Of a stretch of DNA of 64,000 nucleotides, positions 25,183 to 39,433 are shown in pieces. Position 1 is the first letter of the stretch; each line of letters starts with the position of its first letter. The position numbers were made by a program, and so were the translations under genes. This DNA is from Paraspadella gotoi (taxonomy: Eukaryota > Animalia > Chaetognatha): contig CM119266.1 in assembly GCA_051294375.1 (NCBI GenBank), positions 8,084,606 to 8,148,605 on the forward strand, read 5' to 3'. The notes below the pieces were generated by a model. That model worked only from the letters and a program-made list of their open reading frames with translations, did no database searches and had not been told where the DNA came from.

Positions 25183-28100
25183 ATATTTATATATATGTAT
25201 ACAATACGTAAGAACCACGTTTAGATCGAATCGAATGGATCTTCGATCATGCGCATTTCATTTTCAAACGTGATTGTGATGAAATTAATACTGATTTGAG
25301 AAACATAACGCGAAAGCAGAATTTGCCCCTTCTTTAAATTTAACACATTTTTGAAATACCAAAATTTTTGTATTTTTATCTGATCCAATATATATTTAAT
25401 TGTACTTTCTTAAATGCTTTATCACGTCGCACATCCTTGCCTCCTTATCCCCCTCTTTCTTTTCCCCTTCTTTTGTTGAAGAGTTTTAATCGGTCCGCAG
25501 CCAATTGGCATTACCCACGATCGCGGTTTGGCCAAGACGACGACAGCAGCGACGACGACGACGACGACCACTGACCGGCGTCGTCGTCTGCTTTTGTTTT
25601 TATTTTAAAAGAATAAAAATCATTGCTGCTCTTTTTCTTTTGACAACTGCTGGTTCTGTTTTACCACGCATCTGAATTCATCTTTTCAATTTTACATCGT
25701 TATTAGAATATTGCAATTGATAGGAATGCCAGTGTTATGCCAACAAATTGTTTTATGTGACTGTTTCAATTTAATACTCTGTAATTTCCGTTTTACCATT
25801 TAAATATTATCGCTCTGTGTCTCTTATGTTTATGAACTATGTGCTGTGAAATTATTTTGATAAATTAAGTTATTATAACTTTGTTCCTCTGTATTTATTT
25901 GAATTCTCAGGATTTGGTATTATTCATATAGCACCTTTTAGCAAAGACAGATGCAAAATTTTAACGAATAAATAGATAAAGAGTTTTGACTACAATGAGC
26001 GATATCGTCTGGGGTCACTTGTTTGATTAGTGATACCCGAAACACTTGGCTTCTCACCGGAGTGAAGGATGAAAGGCTTTGACTCGCAACGTGAAGAATT
26101 GAAACCGTATCTCACGGTTATCTTTAGTCGGCCTGGACAGAATATTGATTAATAGCAGTCGGGCAGGATATTAACTCAACTTACATTTCAGCCCTTGAAG
26201 CATTTGTGGATAAATAAAATATCTAGCTTTTAGGAATTTATTTATTACAACTTGTTAGCTAGCATAAACTTCAATGTTATTACTTGTCTGTATTAAAATA
26301 ACGACGAAAAGTCACCTCAGTAGTCATTTTTAACTTTATAGGTGTATTGAAAGAAGTTGTTTTATATCACTGCAATATTTAAATTAGCGTTCATACTGAA
26401 ACTAACTCTTGATCCAGGTGAGAAACTAGTAATCATATTCTTAAATCTAAATTTAGGCACAAGACTAAGAATATCTTTTGTTTTTGGTTTTTTTTAGTTC
26501 AGTATAACCTAAGGGTCCCATGTGGCATTCATGATCCAAACGAATATAGTTTTTAACTATCATTTAACTAAACTTCTTTATAGAACGTCTTCTACACTAT
26601 AAGATTTTTAATAATGGTGCAGATGTGTGACTGTGTGGAGGTAGAACGATGTGATTGGTAGAATTGTTCTTTCCCTTGCCTTTTCTTCTCCCCCCCCCAA
26701 AAAAAAAAACTAGAAAAAAAATACTGACGAACAAAAGCTCAGGAATAAAAGGAAATGAGAAAATTGAGAATCATGAAAAGAAAAAAAAATTCACTTCTGT
26801 TTTGTCAGTTCAGGGTGACCTTAACATTCTATAAATTTTCATGGGTCAACATTCAGCGCTGATGTTTAACGTATTTTTAAACTTGAAAATGAGTAATATT
26901 TTTCAAAGCAAAATTATTGTACCATATACTTTTAAACTTTACTTTTTTTAAAAGATAGTTATTGATAGATATTTTAGAAGTAAATTAAAAGATTTAATTA
27001 TGTTTAAGAATGTATAATTTTCAAGTTATTAAGAATTTAAAATTTCTATTAAAAAAAATTACTGCTTTTGTTTGTTTTTTTCTTGAATACTGTTAAGCAC
27101 AGAACGTGAAGTAACGTTCTCTTCAGCGCTGACATCAGCGACAGCGTTCTTCGCAACGCTGCTCATTGTACAGTCAAACATCCCGTTTTCTGCGCTCGAA
27201 GCGTCGCTCGTTTATTTTACGAATTAAATTTCCTCAATTCAAGAGCTTGAAAATATTGTCTTAAAACCATTTAAGAACAATCTACCTCACCAGTTCATAC
27301 TGTTGTCGCTTCGTGTCGATGCATTGAACCTCTATGCCGCAGTAATGCAGACCATTTGGTTAAAATAGTGGATAACAATAATTAAAAAGGACTAAAAAAT
27401 AAATATTGCTTAGCCCAATTCTAATGGATTTATATTTCTAATAAAATCCCTCTCCAATAAAAAAGAATTTGATGCAAATAACTTGGATTACTCTTTGAAA
27501 AACCCTGGTTTACTGGTAAGTTGTTTAATTATACATTTTTTGGCTAAGAGTGATGCTTGTATGACTGTTATCAGTTTACATTTAAGTGGATTCTGTGAAA
27601 AAAAATTATAAAAAAAAATATTACATAGATTTAAATGTTTATATTAAAGAATACAGTTCCTTTTTTTCTGAAAAGACGTTGGGAGGGGCCCCTAACTACC
27701 TCATGATTAAGTACACAGCCTGTGACTTGATTTTGAAAAGGATTTTCCTCGCGTCGCTCGTCTCATGCACGCTAGACTCTCGGTTCGCTCTCCTCAGAAC
27801 CGTAGGACGCCATTTTGCAAAGCGTTGTCTGCCTGCGTTGGGTCGTGCTGAAAAAAAAAAAGTCGCAAGGAAAAAAAATATGGTGGAACATTGAAATTTT
27901 GTGCCTTATTGAACAGTCCTTTCATGGATTTCCTTCTGGTCACTCCTTCAAAGAAAGAAAAACAACTCCGAAGTACAATCGTTTTGACAAGAGATTTCAG
28001 CGCTGCAAGGTTTTTTTATCTTAAAAGCGTTTTCACAAAAAAAAGTGATTAATACCTCTATTATACTCAAAAATCTACTCTTAAAAAAGAAAAAAAACTA

Positions 28101-28631
28101 GACAATGCATATATTTATACAAGTTGACAACACAATTTGTCAAGACCTCTTCGTACCTCCTTCCTTTGTAAAGAAAAACAATGCACAACGCTTAAAAAGC
28201 ACAATACCGCTTTGGACGGAGACAAAGTCAAGATAGATTATATACTTTCAAACACCTATGTGCATTTCGTCAGGGTCAACTCTGCCCCAAAGTCATTTTT
28301 CTTGTGTTATCAGGTATGTGAGACTTATGGCTGAAAGCCTTATATACAGAGCTTGTCACTTAAGAACAAAACAGGGAGTGTCACTATGATCTTTGCCTGG
28401 GGGTGACACTTATGCCTTGACAAAGGCTATGGGTCGATTTGTTGCTTCTTCCGTCCAAAAATTGTTAAAATTGATAAAATATTGTCAGCTTGTATGTTTG
28501 TAATATGAGTATAAAATGATAAAACATCTTTCATTTAGAACTTAAACAAGAATAAAACAGTGAGAAGAAACAAAGAGTGAGATTTAGAAAAAGGCTGCCC
28601 ATTTTCTTTTGACTACCCTGGCCATTTGTTA

Positions 28632-28686
<55 letters not shown>

Positions 28687-29384
28687 GGATCTATTCTAGA
28701 TGCATTGTTACAGCGGTCGACGATATATCAACTTTTCCCATAATTTTTTTTTCTCCTTCCGACTCCGAATTTTCGTCTTTTCGTTTCTCCAAAAAATGCT
28801 TTACCAAATTACCTACTATTTCAATACAAAGCATTCGGATGTTTTTTTGTTTTAAACTAAAATTTTTTGATCACTTGAATTTTATCATGGTTAGTTTAGT
28901 AAGTTTAGGATTACCTATGTATGAATCCATGTCACCCACGAATCGATATCTGTACAATGTGTACATCCCATTTCGATCTTTTGCATTAATTTTATTATTT
29001 TACTTTTTTTCACATTTTATATTTCAAACGTTGACAATTTTAGTTTTATTCTTAAGTCAATCTTACTTTACCTAGAATCTCAAATAATTCACTTGTACTA
29101 TTTTGGTTTTTCCTTCCTCCACCAAAGAATTCCAAAGCTACGTCTCCCTTCAAGAACGCGCGACTCAAAATGACCAAAGTAAACAAACATCGACCAAAGA
29201 AAAGTTTCCAATTCTATTGTCAGAAAAACACTATCAACAACTTGCTCCGAGTAAACTGCAACAACTTAAGAAACAACTAAGTATCTCGACAAAAAAATAG
29301 TAAATATAATATAAAGTTAAACTGAGAAAAAATATTTTACTTTATTTTTCAAAAATTAACTTTGAATGTCTATAACATAAATGT

Positions 29385-29482
29385 CTTAAACCACCAAAGC
29401 CTGTCCAAAGTCAGGGGCACAGATAAGCTTATTTATTAAATGAATGGATAATTTTTATATTGGTTGTACCAAATTTCATAAA
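29385..29482 (+). repeat. Dispersed about 100-bp repeat family, copy 2
   Basis: CTTAAACCACCAAAGCCTGTCCAAAGTCAGGGGCAC...TTGGTTGTACCAAATTTCATA. Confidence 0.9.
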
Positions 29483-29700
29483 ATTCAGCTCCTTGTATTT
29501 TGATGCTAGTGCGGAGTACAATAAGTATTCCCCGATCTAATACTTAAGGGAGTGTCTTTTCATACAATTGAAACATTCTTTGAAATATTTTCCACTCATT
29601 GATAGGGAAGCCAGGTCTCTGGGAGTGAATAAAACGAGACTGTGAGAGAGTCTTGATTGAAAACTTGCAGGACCTGCTATGTCATTATCTTGTAAGAGTG

Positions 29701-29799
29701 ATGGAGGCCTTAAACCACCAAAGCCTGTCCAAAGTCAGGGCAAGATAGCTTATTTATTAATGAATGGATATTTTATATTGGTTGTACCAATTTCATAAA
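29701..29799 (+). repeat. Dispersed about 100-bp repeat family, copy 3
   Basis: ATGGAGGCCTTAAACCACCAAAGCCTGTCCAAAGTCAGGGCAAGATAGCTTATTTATT...TTGGTTGTACCAATTTCATA. Confidence 0.9.
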
Positions 29800-30822
29800 G
29801 TTTAAAATAATTCATTCATCATTTTTTCTGTTTTAATGTAATTCAGTCTCAGCACTGATGATGAACGAAATACACGTTCGAAACATGTCTGCTACCATTT
29901 AAATAAAAAATTCGTTGTGAAAAACTAAAAATTGTTATTTCGTCTAATGTTTCACAAAAAATATTATCTCATGAAATTCTATGAAAATTGGCAAAATTAC
30001 TGTTTCACTATTTTCTATTTTTATGAAGGTTTTACTATTTAATCTATATTATATAATTCACAAATTAATCTTCAACATATATATTTCTTTTTTAAATTTT
30101 TTTTACTTATCATAATATCTACAAACTCATTTGGGAGGGAGAGGTCAGTGTTGTATTCTGGAAATAGAGGGAGCAACACAAGGTTAGATTACAATCTGTC
30201 CCAGTTTTCTAATAGATATCATACATCATTTCTGTCATTCTCATGACATATTATCTCCTCGCTGACATAGTATTTTCTTCAACTCACAATCAAACTTTCC
30301 TATCCTACTTTTCAATTTGAAGCAACCGTAAGACTTGATGCACCAACAGGCTCGCAAAGGGTGTGGTTTTCTCTCTCTCTCCTCTCTTCTCGTCGTCGTC
30401 TCTCGCTCTCTCTCTCTCTCTGCTCTCTCCTCTCTCTTTTTTCTCTCCTCCAGGACTTAACCCCAGAGATCAGGGTGGCTCCAGTCGGGTTCGATCACTC
30501 CGGGATTCCCCACGCTTCAAATTTCATTCTTTCTCTCTCTCTCGACTCTCTCTCATCTCTCGTCCGCTCCCGTTCACTCTCTCTCTCTCTCTTACTTTCG
30601 GTTTCCACGTAAAGTTATTTTGCCCGAAAAATCTAAGCGTCGAAGAAATTCACGACATCCTCATAAATAAGAGAACGACGACGAAAACGACGATGACGAC
30701 GACGACGACGACGTCAACCGAAAGAAGACGAAACATCACAAGGAGGGAGTGGAAGGAAGAGGAAGAGGAGAAAGAGAAGGAGGTGGTGAGGCTCACCCTT
30801 TCGTCCTCACCCTTTTTTTTAA

Positions 30823-31030
30823 CTTTCTTTTTCTTCTCTCTTTTTATTTTCTTTTTCTTCTCTCTTTTTATTTTCATTTTCTTCTCGCTTTTTATTTTCT
30901 TTTTCTTCTCTCTTTTTATTTTCTTTTTCTTCTCTCTTTTTATTTTAATTTTCTTCTCTCTTTTTATTTTCTTATTCTTCTCGCTTTTTATTTTCTTTTT
31001 CTTCTCTCTTTTTATTTTCTTTTTCTTCTC
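30823..31030. repeat. 24-bp pyrimidine-rich tandem repeat, about 8 copies
   Basis: The unit TTCTTTTTCTTCTCTCTTTTTATT translates as the repeated FFFFSLFI seen in the ORF track. Confidence 0.85.
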
Positions 31031-31483
31031 TTTTTTTCTTTTTCTTCTCTCTTTTTATATTCTTTTTCATTCCTATATTTTTCTTTTCTATTTTTTTCTT
31101 TTTCTTTTCTCTTTCTCTACAGTTTACTTCTTTTTAAACTTTATGTTTCACTCTTTTCCTTGTTATATTTTTTTGCTTTTCTTTTCTTTTTTATTTTCCT
31201 TCTCTTTTTTCCCCTTTTCTTTCTTCCCCAACTTTCCCTCCTTCCCTTTATCTAAATTTTCTTCCTTTCTTGCTCTCCTTTCTTTTCTTTTCCTTCTTTT
31301 CCTCTCTCCTCTTCCTTTGTTCTCTCTTTCCTTTGCTTTTCTTTACTTTTCTTTTTCCATTCCTATCTTACTTTACTCATCCCTCTTCCTCCTCTTCTTC
31401 TCCCCCCTCCCTCTCTCTCTCCCTCCCCTCTCCCCTTTTTCCCAAAAATCTTGCTGCCGAAAAAAAAAACATTTCGCGCCCGC

Positions 31484-31610
<127 letters not shown>

Positions 31611-32743
31611 GACGCGCGCGTAGGAGACGAGGAATTTCCTCTCTCCGCAGAATACGAGAAAGAGAGAGAGAGCGAGAAAGAGAGAGAGCCAGAGAGAGAG
31701 AGAGATGAATATATTTTTTTCCCCGAAATTTTTTTGGCGCGATTTTTGTTTTCTCTTCTTCTTCTTCTTCGTCTCGTGGGTGACGCAGTTTCGTCGGTTT
31801 CTTCGTCAACAGATCACTGCGTCAAAACGACTTACTGCGCCAGGAATCGAACCTAGCTACGCCAACGACTCCCGTCAACGACAACAACAACGACAACAAC
31901 TCATCGCGTCTTTCGTGTCTCCCTGGGTTTCGCGTGATATTCATCGTTGTGACGCTTGGCCTTGAGAATGTCAATTCATGTCAAGTCATGTTCGAGTTCG
32001 TAACCTGCTCAGGGTTTTGATACCCGGGCATCTGTTTTAGGCATCTGTATCGACACCTGCCAGCGCTGGCGCGCAACACCCGGAAATATTTTGCCCATCT
32101 AATTGAGATTCAAATTTCTTGTCATGCTCGGACCCTCTTAACTTCCTAGTTCAAAACGCATTGTGATCAAAACGCATGGCGATCAAAACGCATGACCTGT
32201 GGCTACTAATTGCCCATTCATTGCGCCCCGAAGGAATGGCGCCCATTAGTAAGAGGCCCAAATAATATGGCGCCAAAGGGAAATGGCTTGCAAGAAAGAA
32301 AGAGTTAATTGACAGTGTTTTCAAGGGAATGGTGGGGCCCAACATTGGTGGGCCCTTGGAGAATATCAGAATATTCCAAATGACATGGTGTACAAGGGCA
32401 TGTGGCCTCAGGCACCAGTCTCCTTATTCCTTCATGAATTTTTTGATCTCAGGGTTTTAAACGTGTCCTCAAAGAATATTTGAATTTCGGAATTTTTAAA
32501 TCGGGATTAATTGAATTAAAACTTTAAATTTCTTTTTTTTTGAATTATAAATTTTCAAATTATGAAACTTAACTGAATTTTAATTTTATTTATATAATTC
32601 ACAATCTCTTCGAATTTCCAAATCCTCGATTTTTCCTAAATTTAAATCTTGGACTTCTCTGATTATAAACTTTCACAATTAAATCATCTTTTTGCGGCCA
32701 CTGAATCAGCCAACCGGGCTGACATCCTTCATATGAGCACTGA

Positions 32744-32785
<42 letters not shown>

Positions 32786-32902
32786 TCTCCTCTCTCTCTC
32801 TCTCTATTAATTAACACCCAAACGTTTTTTCGTCAACTCATGAAAAAAGAAAAAGAAAAACGCAGATCGTCTTTTGGCTTCGAACCAGATTTTCAGTTCA
32901 AA

Positions 32903-32951
<49 letters not shown>

Positions 32952-33005
32952 GCGCGGTCGCTTTCACCTTGATTACCGTGACGAAGAAGCAATCACAGAT
33001 GTCAA

Positions 33006-33046
<41 letters not shown>

Positions 33047-33571
33047 TTTCCAGCGAGGCTTCAAATCAACGACTAATTTGATGATAACTAACGTCGAGCA
33101 AATCATCACCCGTTCAATAATCGTAATTGATATTAATAATTTTTGAGCTTTTTTATATTAATATTGATTATCAATATTATTATTGTTGATATTGATGATG
33201 CTTTATATGCTATAAAAGAAGAGAATAAGTTAATACACGAAAACAGAACTTCGAACACCTGGTTCAGAATTTGAGGAATTTTATCCAAAAAATATTCTCC
33301 GATATTTTTTTCTGGCTTTTTAAAATTTAAATGTAACCAGTGTGATAAGATGATTTAGTTTATCACAAAACTTTAAATAGTCCAATTTTTAAAATTATTT
33401 TTATTTTTTTCTTTCATGAATGATTAAAATTAAAAAAAGAAGAAAAATTAACCAGAAGAACCTCAAACGAAAAAAAGAGCAAAAAAACAAAAAAATTCAG
33501 ACAAAAGAAACAAAAGTTGAAAAGAAAGAAAAAGACTCGTGAAAAGCCACTAAACAGAAGGGGGAAAGAAA

Positions 33572-33617
<46 letters not shown>

Positions 33618-33688
33618 CGATGAAAGCCGCGACGTTGAGGACTAATTAAGAAAGTTTTAAGTGGAAAAAAAGAAAGTCTGCCCGCCGG

Positions 33689-33725
<37 letters not shown>

Positions 33726-33892
33726 CAAGAGGGAGGGAGGGAAGACATTAGAAGAGTAATTAGAGGACCGAGGATGATGAGGAGGAGAATGAGGAGGAAG
33801 AGGAGGAAGAGGAAAATGAAGAAGAGTCAAAAAGTGAAAGTGGGGAAGAAAAGTGTACATATAAGGTTGGGATTCAAAACATAGCAAGCCAT

Positions 33893-33972
33893 AGTCTGTC
33901 CAAATTTAGAGGCAAGATAGCTTATTAATTAATGATTGGATAATTTTTATATTAGTTGTACCAATTTCATAT
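33893..33972 (+). repeat. Dispersed about 100-bp repeat family, copy 4 (diverged, 5'-truncated)
   Basis: AGTCTGTCCAAATTTAGAGGCAAGATAGCTTATTAATT...TTAGTTGTACCAATTTCATA. Confidence 0.8.
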
Positions 33973-34286
33973 AAAATCTATATATATTAATAAATAAATA
34001 CTAAACAAGGCTAATTGGATGGTAGTGTAGAGAAAGAAAGATGGGGGTTTGAGTGTGAGACAGGACGGAAGTAGGAGACAGAGACGAAAAGGGGGAGTAG
34101 TCAGGGCGGAAGGGGGGCGAGGGTGAGACAGAAGCGAGACTCGAATTAACTCTCGGTCTCATCGCTAATTAAGAGCAACGCGCATGAAGGAGGAGGAGGA
34201 AGAGGAAGAAGAGAAAAAAAAGATTAACAGGGGATTAACTTAAATGACTGAGTTTGAATGAAATCAAAGCGAGATTTAATGAAGGG

Positions 34287-34931
34287 NNNNNNNNNNNNNN
34301 NNNNNNNNNNNNNNNNNNNNNNNNNNNNNNNNNNNNNNNNNNNNNNNNNNNNNNNNNNNNNNNNNNNNNNNNNNNNNNNNNNNNNNNNNNNNNNNNNNNN
34401 NNNNNNNNNNNNNNNNNNNNNNNNNNNNNNNNNNNNNNNNNNNNNNNNNNNNNNNNNNNNNNNNNNNNNNNNNNNNNNNNNNNNNNNNNNNNNNNNNNNN
34501 NNNNNNNNNNNNNNNNNNNNNNNNNNNNNNNNNNNNNNNNNNNNNNNNNNNNNNNNNNNNNNNNNNNNNNNNNNNNNNNNNNNNNNNNNNNNNNNNNNNN
34601 TTTTTTTTTTTTTTGCATAAGTAATTTAAAAGATTTTTTTCCCTTTTTTTCTCAATGTGCTGCAGCTGACAAAATCGCTGCTGCTGTTACTGCTAATGCA
34701 GCATGAGTTTTTTTCTGAATTTTTTTTTGAGGGGGCAAAAAAGTTGATGCCCAGAGGCAACGTAACACGCTTTATCCATTCCGATNNNNNNNNNNNNNNN
34801 NNNNNNNNNNNNNNNNNNNNNNNNNNNNNNNNNNNNNNNNNNNNNNNNNNNNNNNNNNNNNNNNNNNNNNNNNNNNNNNNNNNNNNNNNNNNNNNNNNNN
34901 NNNNNNNNNNNNNNNNNNNNNNNNNNNNNNN
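34287..34931. other. Assembly gaps (34287-34600 and 34786-34931); others at 24694-24703, 53979-54003, 57099-57259 and 57409-58008
   Basis: Runs of N. Confidence 1.
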
Positions 34932-35275
34932 TCTGTTTTCTTTGTTCGTTTTCTCTTTAATCTCTTTCACCTCATTTTTTTTTCTTCGTAAGAAATCGAT
35001 CCTTTTTTTCCCTTTATTTTCTCCTCCCTTTTTTTTTCACCTTCCTCCTTTTCCAATTTCATGACAACTCGTAATTGAACGCGGTTTTTTCCTTTTTTTC
35101 CTTTTTTCTTTTTTCTTTCATTATTTCCTCTTCCTTCTTTCCAGTCAATTGGGCTTTTTTTTCTTTTATATTCTTTGGTTTTTCTTTCTTTTTCTCTTTT
35201 CTCGTTTCCTCCTTTCTTTTTGGATCTTTCTATCCTTTTTTCTGTCCTTTTTTCGTTTATATTTTCATTCTTTCT

Positions 35276-35352
35276 TTCATTCTTTCATTCTTTCTTTCTT
35301 TCTTTCTTTCAATCTTTCTTTCTTTCTTTCTTTCTATATTTCTTTCTTTCTC

Positions 35353-35424
<72 letters not shown>

Positions 35425-35527
35425 TCCTTTTTCGCAAAGACGAAGTCACACAAGCGAAGCGCCCAACAAGAGAGGAAACCTTTTAAAATTATTTTTTTAA
35501 GGCAGCGAAAACAAAGTTTAACGGGCT

Positions 35528-35568
<41 letters not shown>

Positions 35569-35666
35569 GACAAGGAAGTTGAATCATTTCATTGATTTTC
35601 TAAACTAAAAAAAAGAAAAAAATCTTGGAAACAGAGAATCTCTTGTTGGCACTAGATCTCTCTCCT

Positions 35667-35745
<79 letters not shown>
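35276..35745. repeat. (CTTT)n tetranucleotide tracts (about 35276-35425 and 35667-35745)
   Basis: Directly visible. Confidence 0.95.
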
Positions 35746-36502
35746 AACTCTCTCCTATCTTCTCTTTTGATTGCGTCGTCTATAACGCCTTTTCTTTCCT
35801 TCTCTGTTTTGTTCTATATCTCAATCTTAGGATCTCGTTAACAGTTATATGTAACATGATAGCTTATATACTACAAAACTAACGAACTATCTTGTCGTTC
35901 TAATCGATCGCTCACGTTATAAGACGTCCAAAGACGAAGAATAATATTTAAGAATTTTCGTTTATATTTGCCCAAGATTTTTTGCGCGTCTGAACTTTTA
36001 TTTAAAGATCAAAATCCAAAAGGGGAAAAGGAAGACGACAAAAAAGAGGAAAAGTTAATGGAAGAAAAAAAAGAAAAAAAATATTAATAAAATGTACATA
36101 TAACAAATATTATTTAAATAATAATAACCTAGCTATGAATTGACAATTCATTGAGCAGTGGAGCAGCCCAAAAAATTGGGAAGGCTTATAAAAAAAAATT
36201 AATCAAGATATGAAACGATTCATAGTCAAAATAATTGTTTAATTTAAGTTGATTAAAATTAATGTTCAAAATTAAAGATAGAATAAGAAGAAAACAACAA
36301 CAAATATCAATGAAAGGGAGAAAACGATAACAGAGGGAAAAAATGGGAGGAAAAAAAAAGAAAAAAAGAAAAAAAAAAAAGAAAAAAGAAAGAAGAAAAA
36401 AAGAAGAAAAAAATGAGGCTGAAAAAGGAAAAAAAGGTCAGAGATTCGTCGAAGCCGCTTCCCTGCGTCGAGTCCTCTCTCTCTCCTCCTCTCTCTCTCT
36501 CC

Positions 36503-36583
<81 letters not shown>

Positions 36584-36808
36584 CGGCGGTCCATTTTAGG
36601 CTGAATCCATTTCGGGCCGCCATTTGGAGTAATCGCCCTTTTAAGTCAATGAGTTTGTGTGAGAGAATGTGATCACTTTGTATATTCTTAATGACTTTAG
36701 CTTTGGTTCAATTTTTAGTTTTGAGCTCCGTTCTTTTGGGTTCCGTACATTTCAAGCTAAGACGCCATTTTTAGAATGGGTGAGCGAGAGAGAGAGAGAG
36801 AGAGAGAG

Positions 36809-36847
<39 letters not shown>

Positions 36848-37118
36848 GGCATTTGAGCTTCGGAAGGAAAAAGACAGATTTACAAAAGTTGAAAAGTTCG
36901 ACTTCGTTGGGGAAAAACAAGGGATAAAAGAAAAAATGGAAAATGGGAAAAAGGGAAAAGGAAAGAATAAGGGAAAGAGAAAGGAAAAAATGGAAAATGG
37001 GAAAGATAAAAAGAAAAATGGAAAAAGAAAAAGAAAACATTCTGTGTGGGAACCTCAAGTAAAAAAAGTGAAAAAATGAGAAAAAGAGAAAAAAAAGTGA
37101 AAATGGGATTAAAAAAAT

Positions 37119-37219
37119 ATGGAGGCCTTAAACCAGCAAAGCCTGTCCAAAGTCAGGGGTAAGATAGCTTATTTATTAAACGAACGGATAATTCTATATT
37201 GATTGTACCAATTTCATAA
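37119..37219 (+). repeat. Dispersed about 100-bp repeat family, copy 5
   Basis: ATGGAGGCCTTAAACCAGCAAAGCCTGTCCAAAGTCAGGGGTAAGATAGCTTATTTATT...TTGATTGTACCAATTTCATA. Confidence 0.9.
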
Positions 37220-37853
37220 TATTTATTAAAACCAGAAATAGAACACAACGACCAAACCACCATCCCAGATAGAGGAACATAAAACAAAAGACAAGAAACT
37301 TTAGACCGAAAGGCGCGAAAGAAAAGAAGAGAGTACATATTACAGATGTTTAGTTATTGAATAGAAGCAGGTAAGAAAGTGAAAATAAATAATAAAGAGT
37401 AATAGTAAAAAATAAAAAATAATAAAAATAAATAATATAGTATGATAGTAATAAAGTAGTGATAATAATGAAATTATGAAAAACGAGGTCACATAAAACA
37501 AAAAAGCTCACAAAACAAAATTCATACTCTGTAATATCACCGAAGAAACACGAAAACAGAAAACGAAACTGGCAAACAAATAGTAACTGAAAAAGCTTTT
37601 TCGTTCGCCTTCAGTTGAGCGCGGCGATGACCACGACGATAAGATAGACGACAGCGACGACGACGACGAGAGCGACGACGACGATACCGACTTCAGCGTA
37701 AACTATAATAGAATAACAACAACGATAACAACAACGATAACAACAACGATTGGTCATTCTGACATTTTCCTCTTCCGGCGTTTTGCTAGTCTTTTGTCTT
37801 GAGATGAAAAAAAGGGAGAGAGAGACGAGGGAGAGATACGAGAGACGAGAGGT

Positions 37854-37890
<37 letters not shown>

Positions 37891-39148
37891 AAGACTAGTT
37901 GAAAAAAATACAGCACCTAATAGTAAACATAATATAAAAAACTAACGAATTAAAAACCAAATCGCGGTAAAATTGTGACAAAAAAATTAAAAAGCCAAAG
38001 TAATAACATGTTTTAAATATTTATAACTTTACTTCTGTAGTTTGTATACTTGAATTCCTCTGCAAATTATAGAAATTATAGAATTTGAAACTAAATCATT
38101 CTTCAAAATTTTGGGTAGAATCCGTCACTGTTGTGGGCATGTGGAATGGCTTTCTCTTTCTCTCGCTCTCTATCGCTCTCTCTCTCTCTCTATCTTGCTC
38201 GCTCTCTCTCTTTCTAACTCTTATCTCCGATTTAATTGAAAAGATGAAAATCGAATTTTCAAATGTCGAACTTGAGGGAAAAAAAAGAAAAGGAAGAAAA
38301 ATAAAAAATAAATGGAAGAAAGAACAAAGGGAAGAACGATACAAAATCATATATGATAAGATATATCATATATGATAAAATGATATAATATGATACAGAT
38401 AACCAAATATATGAGCAGTAGAAAAGGATCCAAAAAAAAAGGAAAAAAAGGAAAGGAATTGATAACTGAAGGGAAAAGAGAATTATAAAAATAAGGAGAA
38501 ATGACAACTTTAAATGAATGGAAAAAAAAAGTAAAGGAAAGGAAAGTCAACTATTGAGAAACACCAGTCAAGAGAAAATCGAATTTTAATTTTTAAAAAA
38601 AAAAGTTAATTTGCGCGACACAATTTTCTCTCGATTAAATGTATTTTTTTAAAGCTTTTCATTCGAATAAATATTTCAATTTTTTTTCATTACTGTATTT
38701 CATTAAAGCGAAATCTAAAAATAAAACATTTTCTACGGTCCATTTCTCTCTGTCTCTCAATAATCGGACATCATCTCAACGGACGATCGGAAATATATAT
38801 GAATAATTTTATCATTATTCTCCTCAAATGTGAATTTAAGTTTTTATTCACAATTTTCTTTTTTTACAGAAAAACAATTCTTAAAACTCTAAATGTGATG
38901 ACGTCTTTTCAGTGATAAAAAAAAATGTCATGAAAAACCGGGCATCGTTCGGTGACGATCACAGTGATACCACTTGATTAGTGATACAAAAAAGTGATAA
39001 ATGTCAGAACAGTGATAACATCTTCACCTGGAACCATGAAACTCGCATGAAATTTTCATTGTTGTCAATGACAGAGATTTGACGTAGGATGTCACTGCCA
39101 ATCATCAGCAGGAACAATAACAACAACAACAATAAAAACAGTCATGAA

Positions 39149-39181
<33 letters not shown>

Positions 39182-39433
39182 TTTTCCTTTTCTCAGAGGA
39201 AAACCTCCGCCTCATAATCTTCATCATCATCATCATCATCGTCGTCGTCATCATCGTCGATCCCTGATGCCTTTCGTTCGTCTGTCCATTCGAGGTCACA
39301 TGACCCCGAGTGATTTCGTCACGTGACTTTTCTTCCTCCACCTCCTCATCCTTCTCCTCCTCCTCCTCCTCCTCCTCCTCCTCCTCCTCCTCAACGAACT
39401 TACCTCATTCCAAACTCATTTTAATAACTCGGG

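Noticed and set aside
31843-31853. Perfect B-box (GGTTCGATTCC on the minus strand) suggesting a tRNA
   Set aside because: I could not build a cloverleaf, acceptor stem or properly spaced A-box around it.
34235-35064. ORFs spanning N-runs (also 56893-58247)
   Set aside because: They are artefacts of translating gaps.
37611-37800. Minus-strand peptide RCCYRCCYRCCY...VGIVVVALVVVVAVVYLIVVVIAALN* resembling a tail-anchored protein end
   Set aside because: It derives from (TTG)n/(GTC)n microsatellite variants common in this window, and I found no upstream exons.
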